Shown one piece after another: positions 22,729 through 32,040 of a stretch of DNA of 48,049 bases. The stretch lies in the IMG/VR virus record IMGVR_UViG_3300045988_024716. The stretch is one strand, 5' to 3'. Source of the DNA: a virus. The position numbers and the translations under genes were made by a program. How positions within the stretch are numbered: position 1 is the first letter of the stretch; the number at the start of each line of letters is the position of its first letter. The notes under the pieces are model-generated. The model worked only from the letters and a program-made list of their open reading frames with translations, had not been told where the DNA came from and searched no databases.

Positions 22729-23214
22729 ATGAACGATCAACCCAAAACCAAAAGGATCAAGGAACGGCTGCACAGGTACACGGCCCTGCTCAGGGACATC
22801 GACAACCAGCGCGAGCGCCTCGACCGCATGGAGGCCACGATCGGCAGCCCGTCCGGGCCTGATCTGTCTGGTATGCCACGGCCGCAGGGCGGCGTCTCCA
22901 ACCCCGTCGCCGCTGCCGTCGAGAAGAAGATGGAGCTCGAGGCGAAAATCCGGCAGAAGGAGGCCGAGGGGAAAGCCGAGCGCCGGGCCATCGAAGCCAT
23001 GACCGAGCTCATGGACGACCCCGACGAGCGCCTGACCATCCAGCTCAAGTACCTCGACCGGGCCGAGTGGCCGGACGTCACCTTCGCGCTGTATGGCAAC
23101 CGCCCCGACTTCGCAGACAAAGCGGACGCCTACCAAAGGAGGATGTACCGAGTCCACGGCCGGGCCCTCCTGAGCCTCGCCGAGATCGAGGCCGAAGTGA
23201 ATGACAGCAAATGA
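22729..23214 (+). CDS. Candidate late-gene transcriptional regulator (sigma-r4 / ArpU-RinA / DUF1492-like)
   Basis: Positioned just before the packaging module. ...DERLTIQLKYLDRAEWPDVTFALYG......YRVHGRALLSLAE resembles sigma region-4-type HTH regulators. Tentative. Confidence 0.4.
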   Translation: MNDQPKTKRIKERLHRYTALLRDIDNQRERLDRMEATIGSPSGPDLSGMPRPQGGVSNPVAAAVEKKMELEAKIRQKEAEGKAERRAIEAMTELMDDPDERLTIQLKYLDRAEWPDVTFALYGNRPDFADKADAYQRRMYRVHGRALLSLAEIEAEVNDSK

Positions 23215-23236
23215 CACTAAAACGGAGCGAATGACA

Positions 23237-23266
23237 TTGAAAGTCACACCGACCCCGTGCTATTCT
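23237..23266 (+). promoter_or_regulatory. Weak promoter candidate TTGAAA-18-TATTCT
   Basis: Hexamers counted in the 200-bp T-poor leader upstream of 23419. Confidence 0.3.
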
Positions 23267-23418
23267 GTATCATACGAAAGACCGACGGACGAAAGCCGCA
23301 CACGCGGCCAACGTCCAAAGGCCAGCCAGCCAACAACCAAAGAGAAGCCGCAAGGCAACCGAGCCGTCGAGCGTACACACGCCCGGCGGCTTTTCTATGC
23401 CCTGAAGGAGGTGAGCCA

Positions 23419-24078
23419 GTGGCAAAGGGATCCATCACCATGCGCGTCGAGAACCTTCAGAAGCTCCTCGACCAAGTCCAAGAGATCGACGAGAAGGGCC
23501 GAAAGGCCGTGAAGGCCACGGTCAGAGACGTCAAGAGCCGCGCCCCGGGCTGGATCGCTCAGGAGGTGACGCAGGTCTACAACATCAAGAAGTCAGAGAT
23601 CACGCCCTCCAGCGGCAAGGGAGCCAAGCCGAAGAAGCTGGCCGGCAGCATACAAGTCAGAGGCGAGACCATCGAGGAGATGACGATCACCTACTCCGGC
23701 CGGCTGCTGACCCCTGTCCACTTCGGCATGACGCCCAAGACCCCACCAGCGGGCAAGAGCTACACGCTGAAGATGCAGGTCGTCAAGGGCCAGAAGAAAG
23801 TCATCGGCCGCTACAAGAACACACGCACACCCGGGGGCCCGTACTCCGAGCGCTCGCACAATATCCTCATGGGCACCGGCAATACCAAGGCCGACGGCGT
23901 GGGCTACATTCCCTTCCAGCGAATGAGCCGCACCCGCACCGACATTCAGAAGTTCACCACCATCTCGGTGCCGCAGATGATAACCAGCGACAAGACCAGC
24001 GAGAAGATCATGACCAGACTCCAAGAGGAGACGGCCAAGCGACTCCAGCACAACCTCGACCGGGCCCTCGGCAAGTAG
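23419..24078 (+). CDS. Tail-completion protein, lambda gpZ-like (tentative)
   Basis: ENLQKLLDQV....KAVKATVRDVKSRAPGWIAQEVTQVY ... ISVPQMITS....KIMTRLQEETAKRLQHNLDRAL parallels the lambda Z layout (ENLSRIS...; ...LGYALQHQL). GTG 23419 after gaaggaggtg (alternative ATG 23440). Confidence 0.45.
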   Translation: MAKGSITMRVENLQKLLDQVQEIDEKGRKAVKATVRDVKSRAPGWIAQEVTQVYNIKKSEITPSSGKGAKPKKLAGSIQVRGETIEEMTITYSGRLLTPVHFGMTPKTPPAGKSYTLKMQVVKGQKKVIGRYKNTRTPGGPYSERSHNILMGTGNTKADGVGYIPFQRMSRTRTDIQKFTTISVPQMITSDKTSEKIMTRLQEETAKRLQHNLDRALGK

Positions 24079-24320
24079 GGCCACACCAACGGCCGCCGCA
24101 GGGCCCCACAGCGGCCCACAGGACGCGCGAAGCGACGCAGCCGACCCGACGGACGGCCAACTAAGAAAACGCGCCACAGAGGCCGTCAGAGCGCCGCACA
24201 CGGCGTCCAGACGCGCCGAAGGTACTGTGACGCGACAGATCGGCCTGCGGTGCTGGCGAGCCCAAAAAACGCGCAGACTGGAAAAAATTTTTTCGGGCCG
24301 TTTCGTTTCGCGGCCCTGAC

Positions 24321-24344
24321 CATTTTCGTGAGCTCACGAAAATG
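24321..24344. repeat. Perfect 24-bp palindrome cattttcgtgag|ctcacgaaaatg, 26 bp upstream of the small-terminase start (cos/terminase-site candidate)
   Basis: Reverse complement verified by hand. Confidence 0.6.
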
Positions 24345-24369
24345 ATGGCACGGAGAAAGGAGGAGAGCC

Positions 24370-24942
24370 ATGCCGAACAACCCCAACACGAAGCTCGTCG
24401 ACAGCAAGACCATCGCGGCCATCTTCGGCGTGGATCCTCGCCGCGTGCAGCAGCTCGCCAAGGAGGGCATCATCACCGCCACAAAGGACGGGCACGCCAA
24501 CCGCTACGACCTGCTGCCGACGATCCAGAAGTACATCCGATACCTCAGCGACAAAGCCAACGGCCGCGAGCCGTCCAAGAAGGACAGCGAGATCGAAGCC
24601 CGCCGGCTGGAGGCTGAGGCAGACCTGAAGCGCAGCAAGGCCGACATGGCCGCCCTCCAACTCAAGGAGCTCGAGGGCACCATGCACCGCAGCGAGGACG
24701 TCGAGGCCGTCATGACCGACCTCGTCTACAATATCAGGTCAATGCTCATAGCCCTGCCCGGTCGTCTGGCCGTCGACGTCGTGGCAGCTCAGACAGCAGC
24801 CGAGGCGTCCGAGATCATCCAGGCCGAGGTCTACAAGATCCTCGAGGAGCTGGCCGCCTACAAATACGATCCCGAGGAATATGCGCGGCGGGTAAGGGAT
24901 CGGGAAGGCTGGAGCGACCTCTCCGATGACGCGGACGACTAA
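24370..24942 (+). CDS. Terminase small subunit, Nu1-like
   Basis: N-terminal wHTH (VDSKTIAAIFGVDPRRVQQLAKEGII). Coiled-coil middle. Directly precedes and overlaps the GpA-type large terminase. Confidence 0.75.
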   Translation: MPNNPNTKLVDSKTIAAIFGVDPRRVQQLAKEGIITATKDGHANRYDLLPTIQKYIRYLSDKANGREPSKKDSEIEARRLEAEADLKRSKADMAALQLKELEGTMHRSEDVEAVMTDLVYNIRSMLIALPGRLAVDVVAAQTAAEASEIIQAEVYKILEELAAYKYDPEEYARRVRDREGWSDLSDDADD

Positions 24943-26854
24943 AAAAGCCGCCGCCAAGCTGAACGCCGCCATCTCGGGCGCGGTCAAGCGCTTCGCACCG
25001 CCCGAGAGCCTGACCGTGGACGAGTGGGCTGACAAGCACCGCCGCCTCTCACCCGAAAGCTCGGCCGAGGCCGGGCCGTGGCGCACCAAGCGCACCCCGT
25101 ACCTCGAGGAGCCAATGAAAGCCTTCACGGATCCCAAGGTGCACAAGATCGTAATGGTGGCAGCTTCGCAGGTCGGCAAGTCTGAGCTCGAGCTGAACAT
25201 CATCGGCTACATTATCGACCAAGACCCCGGCAGCATCCTTTACGTCCACCCAACGATCGACGACGCGAGGAAGTTCAGCCGGCTGCGCGTGGCTCCCATG
25301 ATCCGCGACAGCAAGCCGCTGAAGGCCAAAGTCCACGACGTCAAGGCGAAGGACAGCGGCAACACCATCCTCCAGAAGTCCTTCCCCGGCGGTATGCTCA
25401 CCCTGACCGGCTCCAACAGCGCCTCGGCGCTGGCCTCCACGCCCGCCCGGTACATCATCGGCGACGAGCGTGACCGCTGGGCCGTCAGTGCCGGCACCGA
25501 GGGCGACCCGTGGGCTCTGGCCGAAGCTCGTCAGGCGACCTTCTACAACGCCAAGGCCGTCGAAGTCTCGACCCCGACCATCAAGGGCAACAGCAACATC
25601 GAGACCAGCTTCTTCCAAGGCACACAGGAGCGCTGGTGCCACCGCTGCCCGGAGTGCGGCGAGTATCACGAGATCGTTTTCGACGACATCAAGTTCGAGC
25701 CCGAGGCCACACGGATCCGCGGGAAAAAGACGTGGAAACTGAAGGGCGGCGTCTCGTGGGCCTGCCCGGGCTGCGGCTGCCTGATCCCCGAGGAGACCAT
25801 GCGCCGGCAGCCGGCCAAGTGGATCGCAGAAAACCCCGACGCCTATGCCAAGGGCGTGCGCTCCTTCTGGCTGAACGCCTTCAGCTCCCCGTGGACGCCG
25901 TGGCAGAAGATCGTCCTCAAGTTCCTCGACGCGCAGAACGACCCGCAGCGGCTCAAAGTCGTCTACAACACCCTGCTCGGCCAGCTATGGGAGGATCGCG
26001 GCGACCTCGAGGACGAGGACACCATGCTCGCCCGGCGCGAGGACTACGGCACGCGGCCGGACGGCACCCCTGTGGAGCTGCCTGACGGCGTGCTGGTGCT
26101 GACCTGCGGCGTCGATACGCAGGACAACCGCCTCGAGTACGAAGTAGTCGGTCACGGCCACTACGGCGAGACGTGGGGCATCGTCAAGGGCTACATCATG
26201 GGCCGGCCGGACACCCCGGAGGTCTGGCAGCGCCTCGACGACGTGATCGACCACGTCTACACCTTCAAGAACGGCCGGGGCCTGCGGATCTCCATCACCT
26301 GTGTCGACTCCGGCGGCCACTTCACCCAAGAGGTGTACGAAGCCTGCCGGGCCCGCATCCACAAGCGCGTCTTTGCTATCAAGGGCAAGGGCGGCGACGG
26401 GATCCCCTTCGTCTCACCACCCTCGAAGGTGCCGATCCGCGACAACAAGAAGATCACCTGCTGGCTCTACACCCTCGGCGTCGACGCCGGCAAGGCGTCC
26501 ATCATGGCGAGCCTCAAGGCGCAGGAGCCCGGGCCGAGGTATTGCCACTTCAACCGCAACCCCGACGCCGGATATGATCTCAACTACTTCAACGGCCTGC
26601 TCTCTGAGAAGCTGGTGCTCAAACACACCAGCCGCGGCGACCGCTGGGCGTGGGAGAAACTGCCCGGCCACAACCGCAACGAGGCGCTCGACTGCCGCGA
26701 CTATGCGATGGCCGGCGTGAAGATCATCAACCCCGACATGGACGCCGTCGAGAGACGGCTCAAGGGGCTCGAGGAGAAGCCGGCGCAGCAGCGCCAGCAG
26801 GCCCGACCCAAGACAAAGCGCAGCAAGGCGGCCAACGCCTTCGACGACTGGTAA
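24926..26854 (+). CDS. Terminase large subunit, lambda GpA family
   Basis: W...RT.PYL.E.M.A..DP.V..IV.M.ASQVGKSE (Walker A), size 642 aa, zinc ribbon CHRCPECGEYH...WACPGCG, as in GpA-type terminases. Confidence 0.92.
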   Translation: MTRTTKKAAAKLNAAISGAVKRFAPPESLTVDEWADKHRRLSPESSAEAGPWRTKRTPYLEEPMKAFTDPKVHKIVMVAASQVGKSELELNIIGYIIDQDPGSILYVHPTIDDARKFSRLRVAPMIRDSKPLKAKVHDVKAKDSGNTILQKSFPGGMLTLTGSNSASALASTPARYIIGDERDRWAVSAGTEGDPWALAEARQATFYNAKAVEVSTPTIKGNSNIETSFFQGTQERWCHRCPECGEYHEIVFDDIKFEPEATRIRGKKTWKLKGGVSWACPGCGCLIPEETMRRQPAKWIAENPDAYAKGVRSFWLNAFSSPWTPWQKIVLKFLDAQNDPQRLKVVYNTLLGQLWEDRGDLEDEDTMLARREDYGTRPDGTPVELPDGVLVLTCGVDTQDNRLEYEVVGHGHYGETWGIVKGYIMGRPDTPEVWQRLDDVIDHVYTFKNGRGLRISITCVDSGGHFTQEVYEACRARIHKRVFAIKGKGGDGIPFVSPPSKVPIRDNKKITCWLYTLGVDAGKASIMASLKAQEPGPRYCHFNRNPDAGYDLNYFNGLLSEKLVLKHTSRGDRWAWEKLPGHNRNEALDCRDYAMAGVKIINPDMDAVERRLKGLEEKPAQQRQQARPKTKRSKAANAFDDW

Positions 26855-26866
26855 GGAGGACACCAC

Positions 26867-27130
26867 ATGAAAACACGCGCAACAATCGAGGCAGAGCTCA
26901 CAGCCAAAAGGAACCGGCTCGAGCTCTACCTGAAGCGAGAAGCCGAGATGCTGGACGGGGGCGTCCAGAGCTACGGCATCGGCTCCCGCAATCTGGCAAG
27001 GTACAACACCGATCTGAGCCAGATCAGGGACGCCATCAAACAGCTCGAGAAGGAGATCGCCAACCTCGAGGGCGCCTTGAACGGGCAGAAGCCCCGCAAG
27101 GCCGTGGGGGTCGTCCCCCGCGACTGGTAA
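26867..27130 (+). CDS. Small head-completion protein in the gpW position (gpW-like, tentative)
   Basis: 87-aa helical protein between the GpA terminase and the lambda-type portal. Confidence 0.45.
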   Translation: MKTRATIEAELTAKRNRLELYLKREAEMLDGGVQSYGIGSRNLARYNTDLSQIRDAIKQLEKEIANLEGALNGQKPRKAVGVVPRDW

Positions 27131-27141
27131 CATCGGAAAAG

Positions 27142-27162
27142 AGCCCCGCCCGGGGCTTTTTT
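27142..27162 (+). terminator. Intrinsic terminator-like hairpin inside the late operon
   Basis: agcccc / ggggct stem, loop gccc, then tttttt. Confidence 0.5.
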
Positions 27163-27227
27163 CATAGGCATCGGGCCGGGAGTTTTCGCTCCTTTACTCT
27201 CGGCCCCTTGCCATCTTCTAAAAGGAG

Positions 27228-28886
27228 GTGAGCAACATCAGCAAGAAGAAACTCAACAGCCGACCGCAGAGCGGAAGGCAGCAGCCTCGCCCCGTCAATA
27301 AGGGCTACGGCGACGCCGGCGCGAGCTGGCAGAAGAAAGCGACCAAGGGCTTCAGAGCTATGAGCGGCAGCCCGAAGGAGGACATCGACGCCAACAACGC
27401 GACCCTCCGACAGCGTGCCCGTATGCTCTATATGGCGGCCCCGATCGCCACCTCAGCCATCAAGACCAACCGCACCAACGTCATCGGCGTCGGCCTGAAG
27501 CTCCAGAGCCGGATCGACCGCGAGGCCCTCGGCATGGATCAGGAGGCGGCTGACCTGTGGCAGGCAAAGACGGAGCGGGAGTTCGCCCTGTGGGCCAACC
27601 GCAAGGCAGCATGCGACGCCACCGGCGTGAACAACTTCTACGCCATGCAGCAGCTCGCGCTCGCTTCGTGGCTGGTGAGCGGCGACGTGTTCGCCGTCAT
27701 CAAGCAGTACGACCCCACGCCGACCATGCCCTACTCGCTCAGGATCCACCTCGTCGAGGCTGACCGAGTGGCAACCCCGACGGCCGCCGGCATCATGACC
27801 CCGCTGCTGGCGACTACCGGCAAGGCAGCCAACGGCAACACCATCTACGACGGCGTCGAGGTCAACCCCAACGGCATGATCGAGGCATACCACATCCGCA
27901 GCACCTACCCCCTCGAGCTCGGCACGGCGTCGACCAAGTGGACGCGCGTCAAGGCATACGGAGACCGCACCGGCCTCCCGAACATCTTGCAGGTCATGGA
28001 CTCGGAGCGGCCTGACCAGTACAGAGGCGTCAGCTATCTGGCGCAGGTGATCGAGCCGCTGCTTCAGCTTCGCAGGTACACCGAGAGCGAGCTGACAGCC
28101 GCGATCGTCGAGAGCTTTTTCACCACCTTCGTGAAAACGGAGGCCGGGGCGTCCGACAACCCATTCAACGAAGTGGGGAGCAGCCTGCCAGAGGTGAGCC
28201 GCGATCCCAATGAGTACGAGATGGGCCCGGGCCAGATCAACATCATGGAGCCCGGCGAGGACGTCGTATTCGCCGACCCGAAGCGGCCGGCCAGCGGCTT
28301 CGACTCGTTCCTGCGAGCCATCTGCGAACAGGTGGGCGCTGCGCTCGAGATCCCGGCCGACCTGCTGCTGAAGTCCTTCAACAGCTCGTACAGCGCCAGC
28401 CGTGCGGCCCTGCTGGAGGCGTGGAAAGCCTTCAAAATGCGCCGCGAGTGGTTTGTCGCTGACTTCTGCGCCCCGATCTACGAGGTCTGGATGGCCGAAG
28501 CCGTCGCCCGTGGCCGCATTGACGCCCCGGGCTTTTTCGCGGATCCGGCGATCCGCGCCGCCTATCTCGGCGCCGAATGGATCGGCCCGTCTCAGGGCCA
28601 GCTCGATCCAGTCAAGGAGATCACGGCCGAGATCCTCGCAGTCGGCGAAGGCTTCAGCACCCGCGAGCAGAGCACGATCCGGCTCAACGGCGGCCAGTGG
28701 GACGCCAACGTCGACCAGCTCGCACGCGAAAACGCCAAGCTCGCCGAAGCAAACGCGCCCCTTCAGGGCAGCAGCTCCTCCGGCACTGGCGGCGCATCAG
28801 GCGCAACCGAGCCCGGCGTGGTGGCTGCGCTGCGGAACGAAATCATCAAAGCACTCAAGGAGGACGAACACCATGAAAGCAAATAA
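27228..28886 (+). CDS. Portal protein, lambda gpB family
   Basis: LRQRARMLYMAAPIATSAIKTNRTNVIGVGLKLQS... and the overall 550-aa size and position. Start is uncertain because GTG 27228 overlaps the RBS. Confidence 0.9.
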   Translation: MSNISKKKLNSRPQSGRQQPRPVNKGYGDAGASWQKKATKGFRAMSGSPKEDIDANNATLRQRARMLYMAAPIATSAIKTNRTNVIGVGLKLQSRIDREALGMDQEAADLWQAKTEREFALWANRKAACDATGVNNFYAMQQLALASWLVSGDVFAVIKQYDPTPTMPYSLRIHLVEADRVATPTAAGIMTPLLATTGKAANGNTIYDGVEVNPNGMIEAYHIRSTYPLELGTASTKWTRVKAYGDRTGLPNILQVMDSERPDQYRGVSYLAQVIEPLLQLRRYTESELTAAIVESFFTTFVKTEAGASDNPFNEVGSSLPEVSRDPNEYEMGPGQINIMEPGEDVVFADPKRPASGFDSFLRAICEQVGAALEIPADLLLKSFNSSYSASRAALLEAWKAFKMRREWFVADFCAPIYEVWMAEAVARGRIDAPGFFADPAIRAAYLGAEWIGPSQGQLDPVKEITAEILAVGEGFSTREQSTIRLNGGQWDANVDQLARENAKLAEANAPLQGSSSSGTGGASGATEPGVVAALRNEIIKALKEDEHHESK

Positions 28887-30111
28887 CCCGCCCCGCTGCA
28901 TCGCGGGGCCTGCCCCTGCGCCTCCTACTGGCGGCAAGCTCCAGAAGTTCTGGAACATCGCCAGCACCGGCGACGACACGGGCGAGATCCTGCTCTACGG
29001 CGACGTCATGAGCAGCCAGCCGATCGACTGGTGGACGGGCGAGCCTGAGCCCGGCCTCTACATCACCCCCGAGGGCTTCCTCGAGGATCTGGCTGCCGTG
29101 AAGGACAAGAGCAACATCACCATCAAGATCAATAGCTGCGGCGGCGACCTCTACACCGGCATCGCTATCCACAACGCGATCAAGGGCCTGAGCGGCACCA
29201 AGACCGTCATCGTGGAGGGCATCGCTGCCAGCGCGGCCAGCGTCATCATGTGCGCCGGCGACGAGGTGCAGGTCTACCCCGGCAGCATGGTCATGATCCA
29301 CGGCGTCAGCGGGCTCCTGTGGGACTACTACAACCTGCAAGACCTGAAGAAGCTCCAGAAGGACTTCGACGCCAGCGAGCGGGCCATCGCGGAGATCTAC
29401 CACGCCAAGACCGGCATCGAGGTCGACCAGCTCCGCAGCATGATGACCCGCGAGACGTGGATGGTCGGTCAGGAGGCGGTCGACAACGGCTTCGCCAACA
29501 CCCTGCTCGACGACGCGGGCCCGTCTGCCGCCCTGAGCGCAGACAAGAAGGCGCTCCTCGTGGCTGGTATCAGGCACGACGTCAGCAACTTCAGACACAT
29601 CCCCGGGGCGATCCCGGTCAACAACAGCATCCACGCCGCTGCTGCGGCTGGAAATAAGCCGGAGACCCCGGCCATCAAAAACGAAGGAGGAAACAAACCC
29701 ATGACCCTCGAAGAAATGAGAGCGCAGTACCCCGACCTCGTGGCTCAGATCGAGCAGCAGGCCGCGGCAACTGCAAGAACGGAGGCAATCACGCAGGAGC
29801 GCGAGCGCCTTCAGGCCATCGAGAGTATCGAGGCCAGCGTGGGCGACGCGCAGCTCGTCCATGACGCCAAGTACGGCGAAAACCCCTGCACCGCTGAGCA
29901 GCTCGCTTTTCAGGCTATGAAAAAGCAGGCGGCCCTCGGGATCAAGCACCTGAAGGACAGCGCGGCCGACAATGCCGACTCTGGCGCTGGCGACGTCGGT
30001 GCTGCTCCTAACGGCGGCGAGGAAGGCAGCGAGACCGACGACAAGGCCAAGGTGGACGCCATCGTCGGCATCTACAATTCCACCAAGACCAGCAAGGGAG
30101 GTAAAAACTAA
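28873..30111 (+). CDS. Prohead protease (ClpP/S14 type) fused to a scaffold-like C-terminal coiled coil
   Basis: ITIKINSCGGDLYTGIAIHNAI......VEGIAASAASVIMCAGD...MVMIHGV. C-terminal Ala/Gln/Glu coiled coil. ATG 28873 within track ORF 28402..30111. Confidence 0.85.
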   Translation: MKANNPPRCIAGPAPAPPTGGKLQKFWNIASTGDDTGEILLYGDVMSSQPIDWWTGEPEPGLYITPEGFLEDLAAVKDKSNITIKINSCGGDLYTGIAIHNAIKGLSGTKTVIVEGIAASAASVIMCAGDEVQVYPGSMVMIHGVSGLLWDYYNLQDLKKLQKDFDASERAIAEIYHAKTGIEVDQLRSMMTRETWMVGQEAVDNGFANTLLDDAGPSAALSADKKALLVAGIRHDVSNFRHIPGAIPVNNSIHAAAAAGNKPETPAIKNEGGNKPMTLEEMRAQYPDLVAQIEQQAAATARTEAITQERERLQAIESIEASVGDAQLVHDAKYGENPCTAEQLAFQAMKKQAALGIKHLKDSAADNADSGAGDVGAAPNGGEEGSETDDKAKVDAIVGIYNSTKTSKGGKN

Positions 30112-30482
30112 TGAGCAAGAGACTCGACGAGAACATCGGCGCCGTGGAATACGACGGCCTGATCGTCAACAACGTGCCCGTCGCTGACGTCGTGACCGTG
30201 AAGCTGGCAGCCGGCACCGGCATCCTGAAGCGCGGCACCGTAGTCACCGGCGCTGCTGGCGCTGAGCTGGCCCCTGCGGCCGCTGCCCTGAGCGCTACCA
30301 ACGGCACCTACATCCTGACCGACGACACCGACGTCACCGCCGGCACCGTGGCCACCGCCTATCGTACCGGGCATTTTGCCCGCAACAAGCTGCACACCGA
30401 TGGCAGCTACACCCTGACCGCAGCGGACGAGGAGATCCTGCGCAACGCCGGCATCCTGCTCTCCGACGCGATCGAATACTAA
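30111..30482 (+). CDS. Head decoration protein, gpD-like
   Basis: 123 aa, Gly/Ala/Thr-rich, ..GILKRGTVV....YILTDD...TAYRTGHF. Positioned between the protease and the major capsid protein. Confidence 0.7.
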   Translation: MSKRLDENIGAVEYDGLIVNNVPVADVVTVKLAAGTGILKRGTVVTGAAGAELAPAAAALSATNGTYILTDDTDVTAGTVATAYRTGHFARNKLHTDGSYTLTAADEEILRNAGILLSDAIEY

Positions 30483-30500
30483 GAGAAGGAGGACAACAAA

Positions 30501-31574
30501 ATGCCTTTTAACTTCTATGAGACCCACACGCTGCTCATGGCCGTGCAGCAGCTCACACCTGCCACGACCTTCCTGCGTGACCGCTATTTCCCGACCAACG
30601 ACGCGAGCGACGTTTTCGCCACTGACGACGTGCTGGTCGAGTACAGAGACGGCAGCAAAAAGCTGGCGCCCTTCGTCGCTCCTCGCAAGGGCGGCGTGAC
30701 CATCCTGCGCAACGGCTACCACATGGAGAGATACACTCCTCCTTTTGTGGCTCCCAAGCGCTCTCTCTCCGCTGACGACCTGAAGAAGCGCGGCTTCGGC
30801 GAGGCCCTTTACACGCAGCTCACTCCTGAGCAGCGCCAGCAGACCCTCATCCTGAAGGACGCCGACGAGCTGGGCGAGTTTATCACCCGCCGCGAGGAGG
30901 CTATGGCCGCTGAGACCATGCTGACCAACGGCTGCATCATGAAGCACATCGCCGACGACGCTGACGAGAGCGACGAGATGGAGATCCGCTTCTACTCCGA
31001 AGGCAGCAACCCCGCAACCTACGCGCCTACGACCAAGTGGGACGCCGCCGGCGCGAAGATCCTCGCCGACCTCGGCGTGATGGCTCGTATGCTGACCAGC
31101 AAGGGCCTCCGCGCGACCGACCTGATCTGCTCCCCTGACGTGGCCGACACCATCGTCAACAATGAGGTCATCCAGAAGCTGCTCGACAACAAGCGCTACG
31201 AGCTCGGCATGGTCGAGCCCGAGGTGCTGCCTGCCGGCGCTGCTGTCATGGCTCGCCTGAACGTCAACGGCCGCATCATCAGCGTGATCTCCTACGACGA
31301 GACCTACACCGACGACGCCGGCAAGGATCAGCTCTATATCCCTTCCGGCAAGTGCATCCTGACCGCGCCTGCCTGCGGCCGCACTCTGTACGGCGCCGTC
31401 ACTCAGGTGGAGCAGGCCGACGGCGAGTTCCACACCTACGCCGGCCGCCGCGTGCCGAAGTATCTGTCCAACGCTGAGGGCAACACCCGCAGCCTGACGA
31501 TCTCCAGCCGCCCGCTGCTGATCCCCAACAACAAGAACCCGTTCATCGTTGCGGACGTCCTGACTCAGGGCTAA
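30501..31574 (+). CDS. Major capsid protein, lambda gpE family
   Basis: TLLMAVQQLTPATTFLRDRYFP.....F.TDDVLVEYRDGSKKLAPFVAP is the characteristic gpE-family N-terminus. Confidence 0.9.
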   Translation: MPFNFYETHTLLMAVQQLTPATTFLRDRYFPTNDASDVFATDDVLVEYRDGSKKLAPFVAPRKGGVTILRNGYHMERYTPPFVAPKRSLSADDLKKRGFGEALYTQLTPEQRQQTLILKDADELGEFITRREEAMAAETMLTNGCIMKHIADDADESDEMEIRFYSEGSNPATYAPTTKWDAAGAKILADLGVMARMLTSKGLRATDLICSPDVADTIVNNEVIQKLLDNKRYELGMVEPEVLPAGAAVMARLNVNGRIISVISYDETYTDDAGKDQLYIPSGKCILTAPACGRTLYGAVTQVEQADGEFHTYAGRRVPKYLSNAEGNTRSLTISSRPLLIPNNKNPFIVADVLTQG

Positions 31575-31596
31575 GCGCAGCAGAAAGGAGCAGACC

Positions 31597-32040
31597 ATGA
31601 TCCAGATCATCGCGGGCACCTTCGGCTACTATAACGGCCGCAAGGTAGTCCCCATCACCAATCAGGACGGCCCCAAGCAGTTCGACCCCGAGCTGGAGGC
31701 CCGTCTGGTCAAGGAAGGCGTCGCCAAGTACGTCGGCGCAGCACCCGCTCAGGCCGAGGATCCCAACACGCCCGACCCGGCCGGCGCCAATGCGCCGCAG
31801 GATCCCGGCCAGCCCGGGGGAGGCACCGAGCCCCCTGCGGACGGCCTGCCTGAGTACAACGAGGACATGAAGCTCGACGAGCTGAAGGACATCGCCGCAG
31901 CCTACGGCATCGACGCCTCTGCCATGCGCAAGAAGGCCGACGTCATCGCTGCCATCGAGGCGGCCAAGGCCGGCCAGACTGACGACGACGGCACCGACGA
32001 CGAGGAGCCCCCTCAGTTCGGCGCTGCTGATCCCGTCTGA
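31597..32040 (+). CDS. Hypothetical head-associated protein with a Pro-rich linker and a Rho-N/SAP-like helix pair
   Basis: MKLDELKDIAAAYGIDASAMRKKADVIAAIEAAK. Confidence 0.5.
   Translation: MIQIIAGTFGYYNGRKVVPITNQDGPKQFDPELEARLVKEGVAKYVGAAPAQAEDPNTPDPAGANAPQDPGQPGGGTEPPADGLPEYNEDMKLDELKDIAAAYGIDASAMRKKADVIAAIEAAKAGQTDDDGTDDEEPPQFGAADPV

Noticed and set aside
13612-24169. Short motifs shared among T-poor intergenic regions:
- gaccgacgg at 13612 and 23280
- acacgcggcca at 13653 and 23300
- cgacggacg at 23283 and 24147
- gccaactaagaaaa at 18882 and 24156
- ccaattaaga at 13636 and about 6893
   Set aside because: Rough expectation for chance 9-14-mer matches in 48 kb of biased composition is of order one to several. 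Some matches are just a stop codon plus RBS context (TAAGAAAGGAGG). They are not significant without a formal motif search. Only the shared T-depletion is noted.
28402-28872. Upstream extensions of several track ORFs: 28402 for the protease, 23257 for the gpZ-like gene, 20597 for the 20888 ORF, 11510 for the Gam-like gene, 15929 for RecU, 17268 and 17605, 9068, 43014 and 44960.
   Set aside because: The extensions overlap the preceding well-supported genes in another frame and are Arg/Pro/Ser-rich. Internal starts with good GGAGG-type RBSs fit the gene spacing.
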